From Octopus sinensis (lineage: Eukaryota): 64,000 nucleotides of DNA. The notes beneath the pieces were generated by a model. That model had not been told where the DNA came from and made no database searches. It saw only the letters and a list, made by a program, of their open reading frames with translations. This document shows, piece by piece, positions 63,721 through 64,000 of the stretch. The stretch spans positions 7,812,001 to 7,876,000 of the forward strand of contig NC_043000.1 in NCBI RefSeq assembly GCF_006345805.1. The letters run 5' to 3'. Position 1 is the first letter of the stretch; each line of letters starts with the position of its first letter. Both the position numbers and the translations under genes were made by a program.

Positions 63721-64000
63721 AAAGTGACGCATATTTGCCATTTGAATATGGCTAACCCCTAAGGGTGGATGCTACTGTAGTTTGTAGCCCCAGGAAGATA
63801 TCTCCTCCAGCTGGCTATAGACACTCTATCTGTGCCCTCTCAGTATTTGTGAAGGGAAGTCATCCTCCCCGTCTTCAACTCATGATACACATGGACTCGA
63901 GTTTCAAGGTATTGACCTATCATCGGCGTGTGACAATCATAGTTGTCGATGAGAAGTCAGCTCCCTTCACAAATACATATACTTTTTCCAGTGTCGATTG
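63721..64000 (-). mobile_element. HHR/TA-targeting family element, runs off the window edge
   Basis: Homologous to 10449-10700; terminal hairpin at 63737-63752 next to a TA array. Confidence 0.8.
63888..63932 (-). ncRNA. minimal type-I hammerhead (U4>C in this copy)
   Basis: CACACG-CCGAUGA-UAGG(UCAAUA)CCUU-GAA-ACUCGAGU-C-CAUGUG. Confidence 0.7.

Overview
AT-rich, repeat-dominated eukaryotic DNA, most likely a coleoid cephalopod (octopus-like). This is inferred from the microsatellite load, the tRNA/CORE-type SINE families and the RTE LINEs. I cannot support a host protein-coding gene: nearly all ORFs in the track are microsatellite or repeat artefacts, so the window reads as intergenic or deep intronic. 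It contains more than 40 SINE copies or fragments and a young 5'-truncated RTE LINE (ORF 38531-40048) with a PHD-like C4HC3 finger inserted in the RT. It also holds a frameshifted R4/Dong-type RLE LINE (7927-9235), other RTE and CR1-like remnants, and DNA-transposon remnants (Tigger, mariner, maT/Tc1, hAT MITE, DINE-1-like). The main discovery is a set of non-coding repeats that carry minimal type-I hammerhead ribozymes (HHRs) with palindromic stem III and abut (TA)n/(TAA)n arrays. One family has three divergent copies (10607-10651, 62269-62311, 63888-63932) whose stem I and stem III covary, and one further copy begins exactly at the predicted cleavage site. A tRNA-headed SINE (9293-9575) also carries such a hammerhead plus an inverted tail fragment. 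Together this suggests Penelope-like-element (PLE)-mobilised non-autonomous retroelements. Repeat boundaries were set by eye and are approximate (about +/-10-20 bp). No folding or database search was run.
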